A stretch of DNA of 64,000 bases from the human T2T-CHM13v2.0 reference genome, Homo sapiens. Where the stretch lies: assembly GCF_009914755.1 (NCBI RefSeq), contig NC_060935.1; one strand, 5' to 3'. Shown here piece by piece: positions 38,132 through 52,354 of this stretch (the stretch's first letter is position 1; each line of letters opens with the position of its first letter). The notes under the pieces were generated by a model. The model searched no databases, was not told where the DNA came from, and was given only the letters and a program-made list of their open reading frames with translations. The translations under genes and the position numbers were made by a program.

Positions 38132-38947
38132 CCCTATTTCCAATAGTGTACATTCACAGGTACTGGGGGTTTGACCTCCCACAAGGAACCCTTGGCAGTG
38201 TTGTACTGATTTTCCCGTTGAATGCCATTGGTTTTGGTGAGCCGGTGGAACTTCTTAACTGTCCTAAATACTTGTGTTCTGGGTCTCTGTTGAGTGCACA
38301 GCCTCAGGGCCTGGAAGCCTTGATGGAGCAGATCCTGGCTCTGTGCGTCAAGCTGGAGGCGGTTCCTGGCCCCTACTAATGGAGAGGGTTGAATGGGGCG
38401 GTCAGCACCTCCCGGGAGCAGTGGAGGGTCTACGCTTTTGCTAGAAGCTGCCCTTTTGGCTTGGGATTTCCAGCCAGGAACAACTGGATACCCCGAGGGG
38501 CAGGATTTTGGCAAATGCACATTGGGGTGGAAGGCTGGCTTCCCTCCAGGGATCTTCAAACTGCCCTTGGGAGGATCATGGGGAATCTGGCACGTCTGTC
38601 TTCCACCTGTTGGGGAGGGCCTGGGGCTGCTTCCTGGTAACACACAGTGAGTGGGTGCGGAAAGGAAACGACTGTCCCAAGGCAGGATCTGACTGAGGGA
38701 ATCTGCAGGCTTAGTGGCCAGCCTGTGATGCCCAGGAGACATGCCACCTTTTCCTCTCAGGATACAGAAACCCAAGACTGCAGAATCGCATGGCCAGGTC
38801 TGTGGGGTGGGAGGGGAGTCCCAGATGCTGCAGACGCTGCTTCTACTTACAGGGCCACCACTGAGAAGTCACTTTCTTATGGAACTGGGGTTGATTGGCA
38901 GGTGTAACTTGCATACTGAGAGGCAGATGGAAAGGCCCTAAAGATGA

Positions 38948-39924
<977 letters not shown>

Positions 39925-40044
39925 ATGCAGAGGATGCTGGAAGGCAGACTAGGGATTCCAGTATGGTGTGCTGAAGAGGTGTTGGGCTTTGGGGTCAGAG
40001 CTGGGTGTGAATCTAGTCTTTGCCATCCTCACCTATTCCTCTAC

Positions 40045-41100
40045 TGCCATTGTCACCTCAACCACCACCATCATTATCACCACCACCACCATCATTACCA
40101 TCATCAACCATCATAGCTTTCATCATCATAATCACTGTCACCACCACCACCATCATCATCATCATCGTCACAATCTGCACCATCACCATCATCACCACCA
40201 TCATCAACCATCATTGCTTTCATCACCATCACCATCATGATCACCATCACCACTTTCATCATCATCACCATCACCACCTTCATCATCATCACCATCATCA
40301 CCATCACCATCATAATCACCATCACCATCATCATCGTCATCAACCATCATTGCTTTCATCATCATCATAATCACCATCACCACCACCATCATCATCATCA
40401 TCACTGTCCCCACCATCACCATCACCATCGTCATCACCACCACCACCATCATCACCATCAACCACCATTGCTTTATCACCATCATAATCACCATCACCAC
40501 CACCATCATCATCATCATCACTATCCTCACCATCACCATCATCATCACCACCACATCATCATCACCATCATCAACCATCATTGCTTTCATCACCATCACC
40601 ATCATGATCACCATCACCACCTTCATCATCGTCACCATCATCACTATCACCATCATAATCACCATCACCATCATCGCCAGCCATCATTGCTTTCATCATC
40701 ATCATAATCACCATCACCACCACCACCATCATCATCACTATCCTCACCATCACTATCATCATCACCATCATCAACCATCATTGCTTTCATCACCATCATA
40801 AGCACCATCACCACCTTCATCATCATCATTATCATCATCACCATCATCATCACATCACCATCATCACTGTCATCACCACCACCATCATCATCAACCATCA
40901 TTGTTTTTATCACCATCACCATCATAATCGCCATCACCATCATCATCACTATCATCACCATCATCATCATAATCATCTCTGTCATCATCATCATCACGTC
41001 CTTCATCAGCATTACCATCACCATCACCAGCATTACCACAATGCCACCACCATTTCCATCATTGCCACCACCATTATCATGACTATTCTCACCATTACTG
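40045..41100. repeat. ~1-kb compound (CAT)n/(CAC)n repeat with a higher-order ~100-135-bp unit
   Basis: Triplet runs punctuated 8 times by CAACCATCATTGCTTT-like markers. Confidence 0.97.
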
Positions 41101-41109
41101 CCTCCCTTT

Positions 41110-41290
41110 GGCTGAGCATGGGCTGTGTGCCAGACACTGTGTCAGGTCTTTATAAGTCATTTTCTCTAATCACCATAGAACTCTACCAGGCAGGTAGTAT
41201 TGTCCATTTTTACAGGTGAGGAGACTGAAGCTTATAAAAGTTAAATTGCTTGGTGGAGCAGTCTCTGAATACCAATCTGTTTGTCTCTGT
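41110..41290 (-). mobile_element. MIR
   Basis: TGTGTGCCAGACACTGTG ... GTAGTATTGTCCATTTTTACAGGTGAGGAGACTGAAG. Confidence 0.75.
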
Positions 41291-41749
41291 TCTCTCTAAT
41301 CCTGGGATGTTACTCAAGCTTGGTTTGCTTCTATTTGTTACTTGCTAGTTGGGAATATTGCTAATGCTAATAGTTTGCTATTACTGAATATCTGCTAAGG
41401 ACCAGGCACTGGCTATGTGCATGTCAACATTATCCTAATCCTCTTGATCATGTAAAACAGGCATTAAAATTAAACCCATCTTGGGGTGGGAGAGTCCCAT
41501 GTGAAAAGCATCATCCCCCAGGCCTGGCACACTGTGGCACTGGGTGAATGCTCACCCCTGTTGTCACAGTGGCCCCAGCTGTAAGACTTGCATGGGGGAG
41601 GTGGCCAGGCCTGTGGAAGACAGCAGAGGGGGGTGTGGCAGGGTGGAGTGCAGGCTAGTGACAGTGAGGCCTCCTCCCACCTCTCAGCTCTGCTCTGTTC
41701 CTTGGGCTGGGGATGCTTGCAGCAGGCCCATGATGCTCACTCTCCCTAA

Positions 41750-42440
41750 TCACATATTTTTGGAGTACCTATTGGGTGCTAGATAGTGTCTAGGCATGGG
41801 AACATGGCTGTGAAGGGGACAAACAGGAGTCCTGCCTGCATGTTGCTCACAAACTTTTATGAGAAAGACAGAAAATGAGTGCATGAACACAGCCCCAGCG
41901 ATGTTATGAAGGAAAGCCAATCCAGGGCAGGAGGTAGGAGGAGGCATGGAGTGTTGAGTGGGCTTGGAGAGGGGGCCAGGGAGGACTTTTTCTCGGGAAA
42001 GGACATTTGGGCAGAAACCCTCATGAAGCAAGGGAGTGGGTGAGCCACAGCACCTCGGGGTTCAGTGTGTCCCAGGCAGAGGAAATAGCAGGCACCCAGG
42101 CACCAGGAAGCCAGGAGTTTGGTATGTTCACATAGTGGCCAGAGGCCAGTGTGGCCAGGGGGAGGGAGAAGGGCAGGAAGTAGGTCAGGGAGGCTGCAGG
42201 GGTCATCACACCTGGCTTCCTGTGCCCCATGTGGAGTTTGATTTTATTTTGATTGTGATGGAAGCCATTTAGGGGGTTCTGAGGAGGGAATGTGATGGTC
42301 TTTATTTTTGCTATACAGACAGAATGGAGACAGGAAGTCTTGTAAACAGAGTCAGTGTTGTTCAGGGTTGTTTTGGGGTGCTTGAATGGGAGGTCAGGAG
42401 AAGTGGACATATTCAGGTACGTCTTGAAGTAACCAAAGCT
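41750..42440 (-). mobile_element. L2 fragment
   Basis: TTTGGAGTACCTATTGGGTGCTAG ... GGACATTTGGGCAGA ... CCAGGCAGAGGAAATAGCAGG ... GATGGAAGCCATT. Confidence 0.75.
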
Positions 42441-42804
42441 GACCCAAGCATGTGACCTTAGGGATGGAGAGAGAAGGTTTCCAGTCAAAGGCAGTGAAGG
42501 CAGCAGGGCCTGGGAGAGCAGTTAGGGTTCTGGCTGGCTCTGCCACTAGCTAGATGGTTTTAATCTCTTGATGCCTCAGTTTCCCCCTTATGCCTAGATG
42601 GTAATATGCCTCCCAGCTCTAAAGGGAGTATTGAGACTCCAGTGAGGTAACAGATGGGAATCACACTTTCTATTTTGAAAAACATCTTCTTTTGCAATGT
42701 GGTCAGATACAAGCTCCTTGAGGTCAGAATGTATATTCTTCTCCCCAGTGGGTCTCCCTTGTGCCTTGTTCAGGGTAGGTGCTGCAAAAGCAAATGTGGA
42801 ACTA

Positions 42805-45049
42805 TAGACCATGAACCCTCATGAACACAGATGCAAAAATCTTCAATGAACTATTTGCAAATCAAATCCAGCAATATATTAAAAGGATAATATATCATGA
42901 ACAAGTGGGATTTATCACAGGAATGCAAGGCTGGTTCAACATTTGGAAATCAAGCAATGTATTTACCATAGCAACAGACCAAAAAAGAAAAAACATATAA
43001 CCATCTTGATAGTTGCAGGAAAAACATCTGACAAAATTTAATCCATCCAAAATTTATCCATCCATGATAACAGCTATTGGAAAATTAGTATTAGACAATA
43101 ACTTCCTCTTCATAATAAAAGGCATCTATGAAAAACCTATGGCTAACATCGTACTTAGTTGTGAAACATGAAATACTTTCCCCCTTAAACTGGAAACAAA
43201 GCAAGATGTCCACTCTCACCATTTCTATTCAACAGAATACTGGAACTCCTAGATAGTTCAATAGGGCAAGAAATGGACATAAAAGATATACAGATTGGGA
43301 AGGTAGACATAAAATGGTCTTTGTTTGCAAACAACATAATTATCTATGTAAAACATCCTAAAGAACAAATGAAAAAGCTACTAGAACTAGTAAGTGAGTT
43401 GAAAAAGGTCTTAGGATACAAGGTCAATGTACAAAGATCAATTGGAGGCCAATTTCTATGGACTAGCTTGGAGCTATAGAGCTATATAACATGCATGAGT
43501 TGGCATGCTCAATATTTTTAAGATGTTCATTTGCCCCTTGCACTGCTTAAAAGGTTCAATGCAATCCCAATCAAAATTCCAGCAGGAATTTTTGGGTAGA
43601 AACTGACAAGTTTATTCTAAAATGTATATGGAAAGACAAGTAGCTAGAATAGACAGAATAATTTTGAAAAAAAAGTTAGAAGACTTATATACTAATTGAT
43701 TTCAATAGTTACCATAGAATGGCAGTAATCAAGACAGTGCAGTGTTGGTATCGGCAAAAGAACCCACACATAGATTGATGGATCAGAGCAGAGAGTCCAA
43801 AAATATATGGTCCGTGGAATTTTTACAAAGATACAAAAGGCAATGGAGAAAGGATAGTCTTTTGAACAAATGTTAACAATTGGTGACCTTATGCAAACAA
43901 ACAAACAAATAAACAAATAAACCTTGACCTATACCTTGTGCCCTAAAAATTATCTCAAAATGGATTATAGACCTAAATGTAAAACCTAAAACTAAAACTT
44001 CTAGAAAAATACATAGGAGAAAATCTTTGTGACCTTGGATTAGGGAATGGACTCTTAGAACACCAAAAGTCATATAACACCATAATCCATACCAGAATAA
44101 AATGATAAATTAGACTTCATGAAAATTAAAAACTTCTCTTCTTTGAAAGACACTGTTAGGAGAATGAAAAGACAAGGCACACACTGGGAGAAAAATCTTT
44201 GCAAAATGTATATCTGATATCCAGGATATAGGAAGGACTCTCAAAACTCAATAAGAAATTTAAAAATGGGCCAGAGATTTGGACAATCACTTCTCCAAAG
44301 AAGATATTCATGTGGCAAATAAGCACACAAAATGACACTTGACACCATTAGTCATTGGAAAATTGCAGCTGAAACCACAATGAGAGAGCACTATGCACCC
44401 ACTAGAATGGCTGGAGTATAATAAGTGCCACGTATTGGTGAGGATGTGGAGCCTCAAAGACTGCTGGTGAGAATTCAAGATGGTACGGCCACTGTGGGAG
44501 ACAGTTCAGCAGTTTTTGGTAAAGGAGAGCACACACTGATCATGGACCTAGCCATTCTGCTCCTGGGCATTTTAAGTTAAATGAAAATATATATCCATAA
44601 AAAATGCATGTAAATGTTCATGGTGGCTTAATTCATAAGTGCCCAAGAATGAAACAAGCCAAACACCTTTCAACGTGAGTGGATAAACAAAATGTGGTTC
44701 AATGAAAAACTATTTCGCAATCAGAGGAACCAACTACCCATAATAGCATGGATGAATCTCAAACACATCCTGCTAAATGAAAGAAGCCAGACAAATGTCT
44801 GCATACCATAGGTCTCATAAGACATTCCAGAAGAGGCAAAAATGTAGGAATAGAAAACAGATCGGTTGTTTGACCAGGAGCTGGAGGTGGTAGGGGGAGG
44901 TGGGTTGACCACAAAGAAACACCCAGACAGTCTTTGGAGTGTTGGAAATGTTCTGCCTCTTGATTGTGGTGGCAGTTACACAACTGGATGCATTTGTTGA
45001 AACTGACACAGCTATACATGAAGGAGAGTGAATTTTACAGAATATAATT
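42805..45049 (+). mobile_element. Old L1M (ORF2 relic plus 3' UTR) with internal deletions; resumes briefly at ~48142
   Basis: CTCATGAACACAGATGCAAAAATC, CAAGTGGGATTTATCACAGGAATGCAAGGCTGGTTCAACAT, TTCAATGCAATCCCAATCAAAAT, GAAAGAAGCCAGAC. Confidence 0.92.
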
Positions 45050-45190
45050 GGGTTTGGGCCACTACCCCTAAAGGCACAATCCCAAACACTGTAACTCCAA
45101 GTGTTGGAATCCTGAAAGATCAAAATTCCCAAAATATAATTCAGGAAAAAATAATTAAAAATATATTTTAAATACATATGTTTACATTTG

Positions 45191-45482
45191 TTTGGTTGGT
45201 GTTTGTTTTTTGAGACAGTCCCACGCTGTCGCCCAGGCTGGAGTGCGGTGGCACGATCTCGGCTCGCCACAACCTCTGCCTCCTGGGTTCAAGTGATTCT
45301 CGTGCCTCAGCCTCCTGAATAGCTGAGATTACAGCTGTGAACAACCACACCTGGATAATTTTTGTATTTTTAGTAGTGACAGGGTTTCATCATGTTGGCC
45401 AGGCTGGGCTCGAGCTCCTGACCTCAAGTGATCCACCCTCCCAAAGTGCTGGGATTACAGGTGTGAGCCACCACTTCTGGCC
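45191..45482 (-). mobile_element. AluS nested in the Ricksha element
   Basis: GAGACAGTCCCACGCTGTCGCCCAGGCTGGAG...GTGAGCCACCAC. Confidence 0.93.
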
Positions 45483-45542
45483 TATATTTACATTTTTAAA
45501 GGGAATTTATTTGAGAAACATAAAAACACATCAGAACTTTCA

Positions 45543-45968
<426 letters not shown>

Positions 45969-46326
45969 TCAAAAAGGGAAACGTATAATTGCATAGAACT
46001 ATGGTTGGTAATTATGTACAGCTTCACACCTGCAGCCATCTGAAGTACCATGAGAGACACCCTAAGTCTTTTGAAGGGATCAGTTGGAAGCTGAGAAAGG
46101 TCAACACTGTATAGGCAGTTGCCCAAAATGTTGAGATCTTTGGAAATTTTATCTTTCACAAGTGCAGATATTTAAAAAATGACATCTCTTCATTCAGTGA
46201 GGAAGTCTGAATGTTTTTACGCATACACACAATGCTTACACACAAAGTCAACAGTGCGATAATGCACTTTCATGGAGCCAAATTTACAAAAAAATGCATA
46301 AAATAAATTAGAAGGTTCTAACAGTC

Positions 46327-46680
46327 TGTATTAGTTCTTTTTCACTGCTGATAAAAACATACCTGAGACTGGGAAGAAAAAGAGGTTTAATTGGACTTAC
46401 AGTTCCACATGGCTGGGGAGGCCACAGAGTCATGGTGGGAGGCAAAAGGCACTTCTTACATGGCAGCGGCAAGAGAAAAAATGAGGAGGAAGCAAAAGTG
46501 GAAACCCCTGATAAACCCATCAGATCTTGTGAGACTTATTCACTATCATGAGAATAGCACCGGAAAGACCGGTCCTCATGATTCAGTTACCTCCCCCTGA
46601 GTCCCGCCCACAACACGAGGGAATTCTGGGAGATACAATTCAAGGTGAGATTTGGGTGGGGACACAGCCAAACCATATCA
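46327..46680 (-). mobile_element. THE1 (C/D-like) solo LTR
   Basis: TGTATTAG...CTGCTGATAAAAACATACCTGAGACTGGG...GAGATTTGGGTGGGGACACAGCCAAACCATATCA. Confidence 0.92.
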
Positions 46681-46799
46681 CACCTTAACATAATTTATGC
46701 CTCCAGTGTTGGAAATGATATGAAGATGAAATACAGCATAACAAATTGGCACTACGTGTGAAGGGGCGGAAATTGTACATGATTGAATACTTTGGTGGA

Positions 46800-47074
46800 A
46801 GAGACTTCCTAAATTTTTCACCTGCATTTTCACTTCTTCTGTGATCTTTGAAACACTTGTTGCACTTGGAGAGTGGTTGTGGTCTACAAACTGTGTCTTT
46901 GCTGTCCATTTGCAAGTCTGGTTATTGATCAGCAGCTGCACTTAAGCGATTTCTGCTTTCACAGCCTTAATAATAATTAGCTTTAAATCGTATATCTTCC
47001 ACCATTAAGTAGCCTTGTACACTTAACTTATCACAGCCTTTTTGCAAGGGATCACTTTCACAGCCCTGTTCCAT
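46800..47074 (-). pseudogene. Decayed MULE transposase N-terminus (FLYWCH-like zinc finger)
   Basis: Manual translation from ATG 47074: MEQGCESDPLQKGCDKLSVQGYLMVEDIRFKANYY*GCESRNRL; after frameshifts C...ITRLANG and FVDHNHSP. Confidence 0.7.
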
Positions 47075-47127
47075 TATGTTGTGAGAAACACAGTAAGAAG
47101 GAGTATTTGACTTCCCCAATACCAGAT

Positions 47128-47940
47128 CTATATTAGGCTTCTCCGGCGAGACAGAACTGATAAGATGTGTATACAGATATAAGAGCAGGGATTTCCCTGG
47201 AGAATGGGCTCACGTGATTATGGTGGTTGGGAAGTCCCATGACAGGCAAGCTGGAGATCCCACAATGCCAGGGGCAAGGCTCAGTCCAAGTCCAAAGGCC
47301 TCAGAACCAGAGACGCCGGTGGTCCAGTGGTCTCTAACTCTGAGTCCACAAAAGCCTCAGGACCCAAGGGGGCTGCTGATGTATGTCCTGGGGTCCAAAG
47401 GCTGGCAACCCTGGATTTCTCATGTCCAAGGCAGCAGAAGAAGAGTCTGTCCCAGCTCTCAGAGAAAGACTGGTTTGCTTTCTGCCTCTGTATTTATTCT
47501 TTCTAGGCCCTGGTTGATTGGATGGTGCTTGCCAACACCGAGGGCTGATCTTCCCCCGAGTCCACTCAGGCTCACACATGAGTGAGTGAAGTATTATCAA
47601 CTCTAAAATAAGGATGATATCTAATAACAGGATGGAAACACGCTTGTATGATGCCAGCACAAAAGATTTGTCAGGGCAGACGTTCATTCCTGCTATTCTC
47701 AAGTTTTGTGATTAAGCAAGTGCATTTAGATGCTGCTTAGCTGAGAATGTTTCCGTCTCCTCTGGAAACACCCTCACAGATACAACTAAACTACTGTTTT
47801 ACCACGTTTCTGGGTACCTCTCAGCCCAGTCAAGTTGATACCTGAAATTAGGTCCACACAGGTCTACCTCTTGCCACTTGGCACCCACACTCATCTCTTT
47901 AGATCATACTTAACTTCCAAATAAAGACTTAACAAGGTCG
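47128..47940 (-). mobile_element. MLT2 (ERVL) LTR plus adjacent ERVL internal fragment carried inside the Ricksha element
   Basis: TATATTAGGCTTCTCC...GACAGAAC...GGCTCACGTGATTATGG...TCTGGAAACACCCTCACAGA...CCAGTCAAGTTGATACCT, then CTTGGCACCCA...TTCCAAATAAAGAC. Confidence 0.8.
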
Positions 47941-48153
47941 TAGTTCCGCCCAACACGGTGCAACTGTCACAGACAGGCACCACAGACAGACAGACAGGCA
48001 CCAATCCTTTCCCCAGGACTCAGCTTTCAGGATTTTGGCATTCAGATTTTAATCTGACGTGAGGGATTTTAGGTTTAGGGATTTCAGTATTGTGGATTAT
48101 GCAGTTCAGGATTGTGTCTTTGAGGATTATGATTGACACCAAATACAACTATA

Positions 48154-48249
48154 CCTCAAAAAAGGCATATGAATGGAATGCTGAAAAAAGGATCCAGGCC
48201 CCCTCAAAAAAGGCATATGAATGGAATGGCGAAAAAAGGATCCAGGCCC
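48154..48249. repeat. 48-bp tandem duplication
   Basis: CCTCAAAAAAGGCATATGAATGGAATG..GAAAAAAGGATCCAGGCCC at 48154 and 48202. Confidence 0.93.
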
Positions 48250-48720
48250 GAGCGCGGCTCATGCTCAAATCCTGTCTAATGCACAAACCACATTTGCTTG
48301 CTTTCGAATCGTTGCTTATTACTTATATGTGGGGGGGGAAAAGAAAGCAGCAGGCATTGAAAACACTCCAGAGGTTCCAGAGGTGGCTGTTTCCAGAGAC
48401 ACTTCTGGTCCTGACATGCTGGGGTCTCGTCACCAGGGCTGTGCTGGGGGCCCCAAGCTCTCTGAAGGTGTGCTTTCTGGGTCATGAGGTGGGGGCCCCA
48501 CAGATATTGGTCATCTGTGGAGGGTAGCAGAGCAGCCCCAGGGCGCCATCGATGCTGGCAGGGGAGGACTGCCCGAGGGCCTCTACAGGCCAGGCCAGGG
48601 TGCAGCCACTTCAAAATCCCTGAAAGCAAATGTGGAACCTTGAGTGAGTGTCCGGTTGGAAAATGACCACAGCCTTGTCCTGAGCTGGGTGAGGGTGGGT
48701 CTGTCACCGCAGGGCTGAGA

Positions 48721-48856
48721 GGCACCTCTGTGTGCTCCTTGCCAGAGGAGCTTGGCAGCAAGTGTGGGGTGGCCCTCCTAGACAGCAGCAGCTCTGCCTT
48801 GGGGTCTGGCCCATTCCCAGACACAAGTGCATGCAGACAAAGGCCAGGGGTCAGGT
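48721..48856 (+). repeat. Dispersed duplication, copy 1 (136 bp)
   Basis: Near-identical to 52585-52719. Confidence 0.95.
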
Positions 48857-49040
48857 CCTGCCCAGTCATTGGTCTCCTGAGCTGTTGGGTGCCGGGTGTG
48901 TCCTGTGATAGGACAGCAGCAGAGCCCAGCTGCTCCACCTCGTACTCTGGCCAAAGATGAAGGGGCACACAGTGGCTCTGCAGGGCTGTGGAGCAGTGCT
49001 ACAAGCCTTGGCTATGGCGGGGCAGGGGACAGTCACCCTC

Positions 49041-49770
49041 TGTCATAGTCCTTTCTGTGTTGCTATTACAGAATACCTTAGGCTGGGTAATTTATAGAGA
49101 AAAGAGGTTGGCTCATGGTTCTGGTGGCTGGGATGATCAAGATTGGGCAACTGTGTCTGGTGAGGGCCTCAGCAGCTTCCACTCATGGTGCAAAATGGAA
49201 AGGGGCAGGCATGGGCAAGGAGGCCACGTGGTGAGAGAAAGCAAGAGTGCCAGACTCCCTCTTTTTTTTTTTTTACTTTTAAATTATTATTTTTAGAAAT
49301 AGGGTCTCACTCTGTTGCCCAGGCGGGAGTACAGTGGCACTGTCATAGCTCACTGCAGCTTTGACTTCCTGGGCTCAAGTGGTCCTCCTGCCTCAACCTC
49401 CTCAGTCACTGGGACCACAGGTGTGGCCACCACACCTGGCTAATTTAAAAAAAGTGTTTTTTTTTTTTGAGATGGAGTCTTGCTGTGTTGCTTACACTGG
49501 TCTGGTCTGGAACTCCTGGCCTCAAGTGATCCTCCCACCTCAGCCTCCTGAAATCCTGGGATTACAACTAGACTCTTTAAGAACCTACTCTCCAGGGAAT
49601 GAATCATTTCCTGAAGAACTCACTCTCTCCCTTGGGAGGGGTTAATCCATTCATGAGGGGTCTGCCCCCATGTCCCAAACGCTTTCCACTAGGCCCTTCT
49701 CCTATCACTGCCACACTGGGGACCCAATTTCAAGACGAGTTTTGGTGGAGACAGACCACATCCAAACCAC
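49041..49770 (-). mobile_element. MST-type MaLR LTR split by an AluJ
   Basis: TGTTGCTATTACAGAATACCTTAGGCTGGGTAATTTATA ... AATCCATTCATGAGGG ... CACATCCAAACCA. Confidence 0.8.
49262..49566 (-). mobile_element. AluJ
   Basis: AGGGTCTCACTCTGTTGCCCAGG...ATAGCTCACTGCAGC...CTGGGATTACA. Confidence 0.9.
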
Positions 49771-50265
49771 CCTCTCTGACCCTCTCCTGGTGCCAAGCTC
49801 TCTGGCCAGGGAGTAAAGGGGCCCCCACTCTTGCACTTGCCAAGGGTGGAGACAAGGGTAGGCTGGCAAGAGCAGTTTAGCGAGGACAGAGTGAGGGAAG
49901 GGGTAATTATTTCCTACCTTGGAAACTCTGTGTCCCACCCCAGCTGCACCATGGCCGGGCCAGGCCGGGCCTGCAGCTTCTGGTCCTTGCCTTGACCTCC
50001 TCAGGATGGGAGGTGGACTCCAGAGAAGGCCTTGCCCAGTGCCCATCCCCGTCCTTCTTCCTTCCTAGTGGACACCACGTCCTCTTCAAAGTCCACACCC
50101 TCTGTGGGACAGAATTGTAACTCCACCTCCCAACAACTCACCATGGTTCTCTTCATTTCTATTCAAGGACCTATTTTGTGGAAAATCTTAGCCCATTCAG
50201 AACCTATAAGCATTTGGGATTACTTTTCCAATTCTGGCCTCTTGCAACCCAAACAAGGTCAAGAA

Positions 50266-50460
50266 CGGCTCCAACCAATAGAACTTTCTGAAGCGATGAC
50301 AGTGTCCCTCAAGCTGCCTGGCTCGCTGTAGGAGGAACCAGCTGCACACAGCTCTTTAGCTCTTAAAATGGGGCTGGTGCCACCAAGGAACCGAGTTTTA
50401 ATTAATGTTGTCAGTTTAAGTAGCCCTGTGTGGCCAGTGGCTACACTATGGACAGTGCAG
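50266..50460. mobile_element. MER3-like hAT element
   Basis: CCAATAGAACTTTCTG..GCGATGA ... GTGGCCAGTGGCTAC..TGGACAGTGCAG. Confidence 0.7.
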
Positions 50461-50487
50461 ATCTAGACTCTTAAAAGTGGTTTATCT

Positions 50488-51054
<567 letters not shown>

Positions 51055-51074
51055 AAAGTGGTTGATCTGCTTTT

Positions 51075-51801
51075 TTTTGAGTGACTTAAACAACAAGTAT
51101 TTGTCTTTCACAATTCTGGAGGCTGGAAAGTCCAAGATTAAGGTGTGTACTCGTCTGTTCTCACATTGCTATAAAGAACTACCTGAGACTGGGTAATTTA
51201 TAAAAGAAAAGAGGTTTGATTGACTCACCGTTCCGCAGGCTGTACAGGAAGCATGGCTGGGAGGCCTCAGGAAACTTACAACCGTGGCGGAAGGCGAAGG
51301 GGAAGGAGGCAAGTCTTACATGGCTGGAGCAGGAGGAAGAGAGGCCAGAGGGAGGAGCTACACACTTTTAAACAACCAGGTCTCATGAGTACTCATCACT
51401 ATCACGAGAACAGCAAGCGGGAAGTCCACCCCCGCGGTCCAATCACCTCCCCCCAGCCTCCTCCTCCTCCAACATTGGGGATTACAGTTCCACATAAGAT
51501 TTGGGCAGGGCCACAAATCCAAACCATGTCAAGGTACAAGCAGGTTTGGTGTCTGATGAGAGCGTGGTTGCTGGTCTGCAGATGGTCACCATTTTGCTGT
51601 ATCCTCACCTGGCAGAAGCAGAGAGAAAGCTGGCTCTCTGGTGTCCCTTCTCATAAGGACACTTATGGGGGAGGACCCCTCCCTCACGGCTTCACCTAGA
51701 TGTAATTCACTCCCATAGGCCTCGCTTCCAAATAGCATCACGTTCCGGGGGAGGCTTCCAACCTACAAATGTTGCAGGGACACACATTCTACCCATAGCA
51801 G
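51075..51801 (-). mobile_element. MLT1A-type LTR split by an MSTA LTR
   Basis: GACTTAAACAACAAG...TTCTGGAGGCTGGAAAGTCCAAGAT | ...CTCTCTGGTGTCCCTTCTCATAAGGACAC...CCATAGCA. Confidence 0.8.
51146..51531 (-). mobile_element. MSTA solo LTR
   Basis: TGTA...TTGCTATAAAGAACTACCTGAGACTGGG...CAAATCCAAACCATGTCA; 5-bp TSD AGGTG/AGGTA. Confidence 0.9.
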
Positions 51802-52142
51802 TAATGATGCTGTATCAAATGGGGAGCTGATGGTAAACTAGCCCAAAGTGATTCTCCAGTCTCTCCCTTCCCCTACCATAGTGACAGAGAAGGCCTCATG
51901 GTCTAAATAACATGGCTAAAAGTTGGTTGGTAGAACCTTCCTCAACATGGCCTCTGAGTGACTAGCAGAGTCTTCCAAAAACCTCAATAGACATGCAGTG
52001 TGAGTTAGAAATAAACTTTTGGGTTCAATCACTGAGATTTGGGGATAGTCGTTCTCTTTTCCTTTCTTTCATTTTTTTTTAATACTTCCCAACTGTATTT
52101 ATTGTGAAAGAGAGGGTTCTTATTTTTTGGGAAACACATTCT

Positions 52143-52325
52143 GATTTTATTTTATTTTATTTTTATTTTACTTTGAGTTCTGGGATACACGTGCTGAACG
52201 TGCAGGTTTGTTATATATGTATACAGTGCCATGGTGGTTTGCTGCACCTATCAACCCGTCATCTAGGCTTTAAGCCCCTGCATGCATTAGGTATTTGTCC
52301 TAATGCTCTCCCCGCCCCCTTTCCC
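52143..52325 (-). mobile_element. L1PA 3' end fragment
   Basis: T-rich tail, ACTTTGAGTTCTGGGATACACGTGCTGAACGTGCAGG...CATTAGGTATTTGTCCTAATGCTCTCCC. Confidence 0.9.
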
Positions 52326-52354
52326 TTTTCCCCCAAACCCCTTTCCTTGTCTTT

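Noticed and set aside
39925-41039. Poly-His / Met-Val / poly-Asp ORFs resembling metal-binding proteins
   Set aside because: They are translations of the (CAT/CAC)n repeat.
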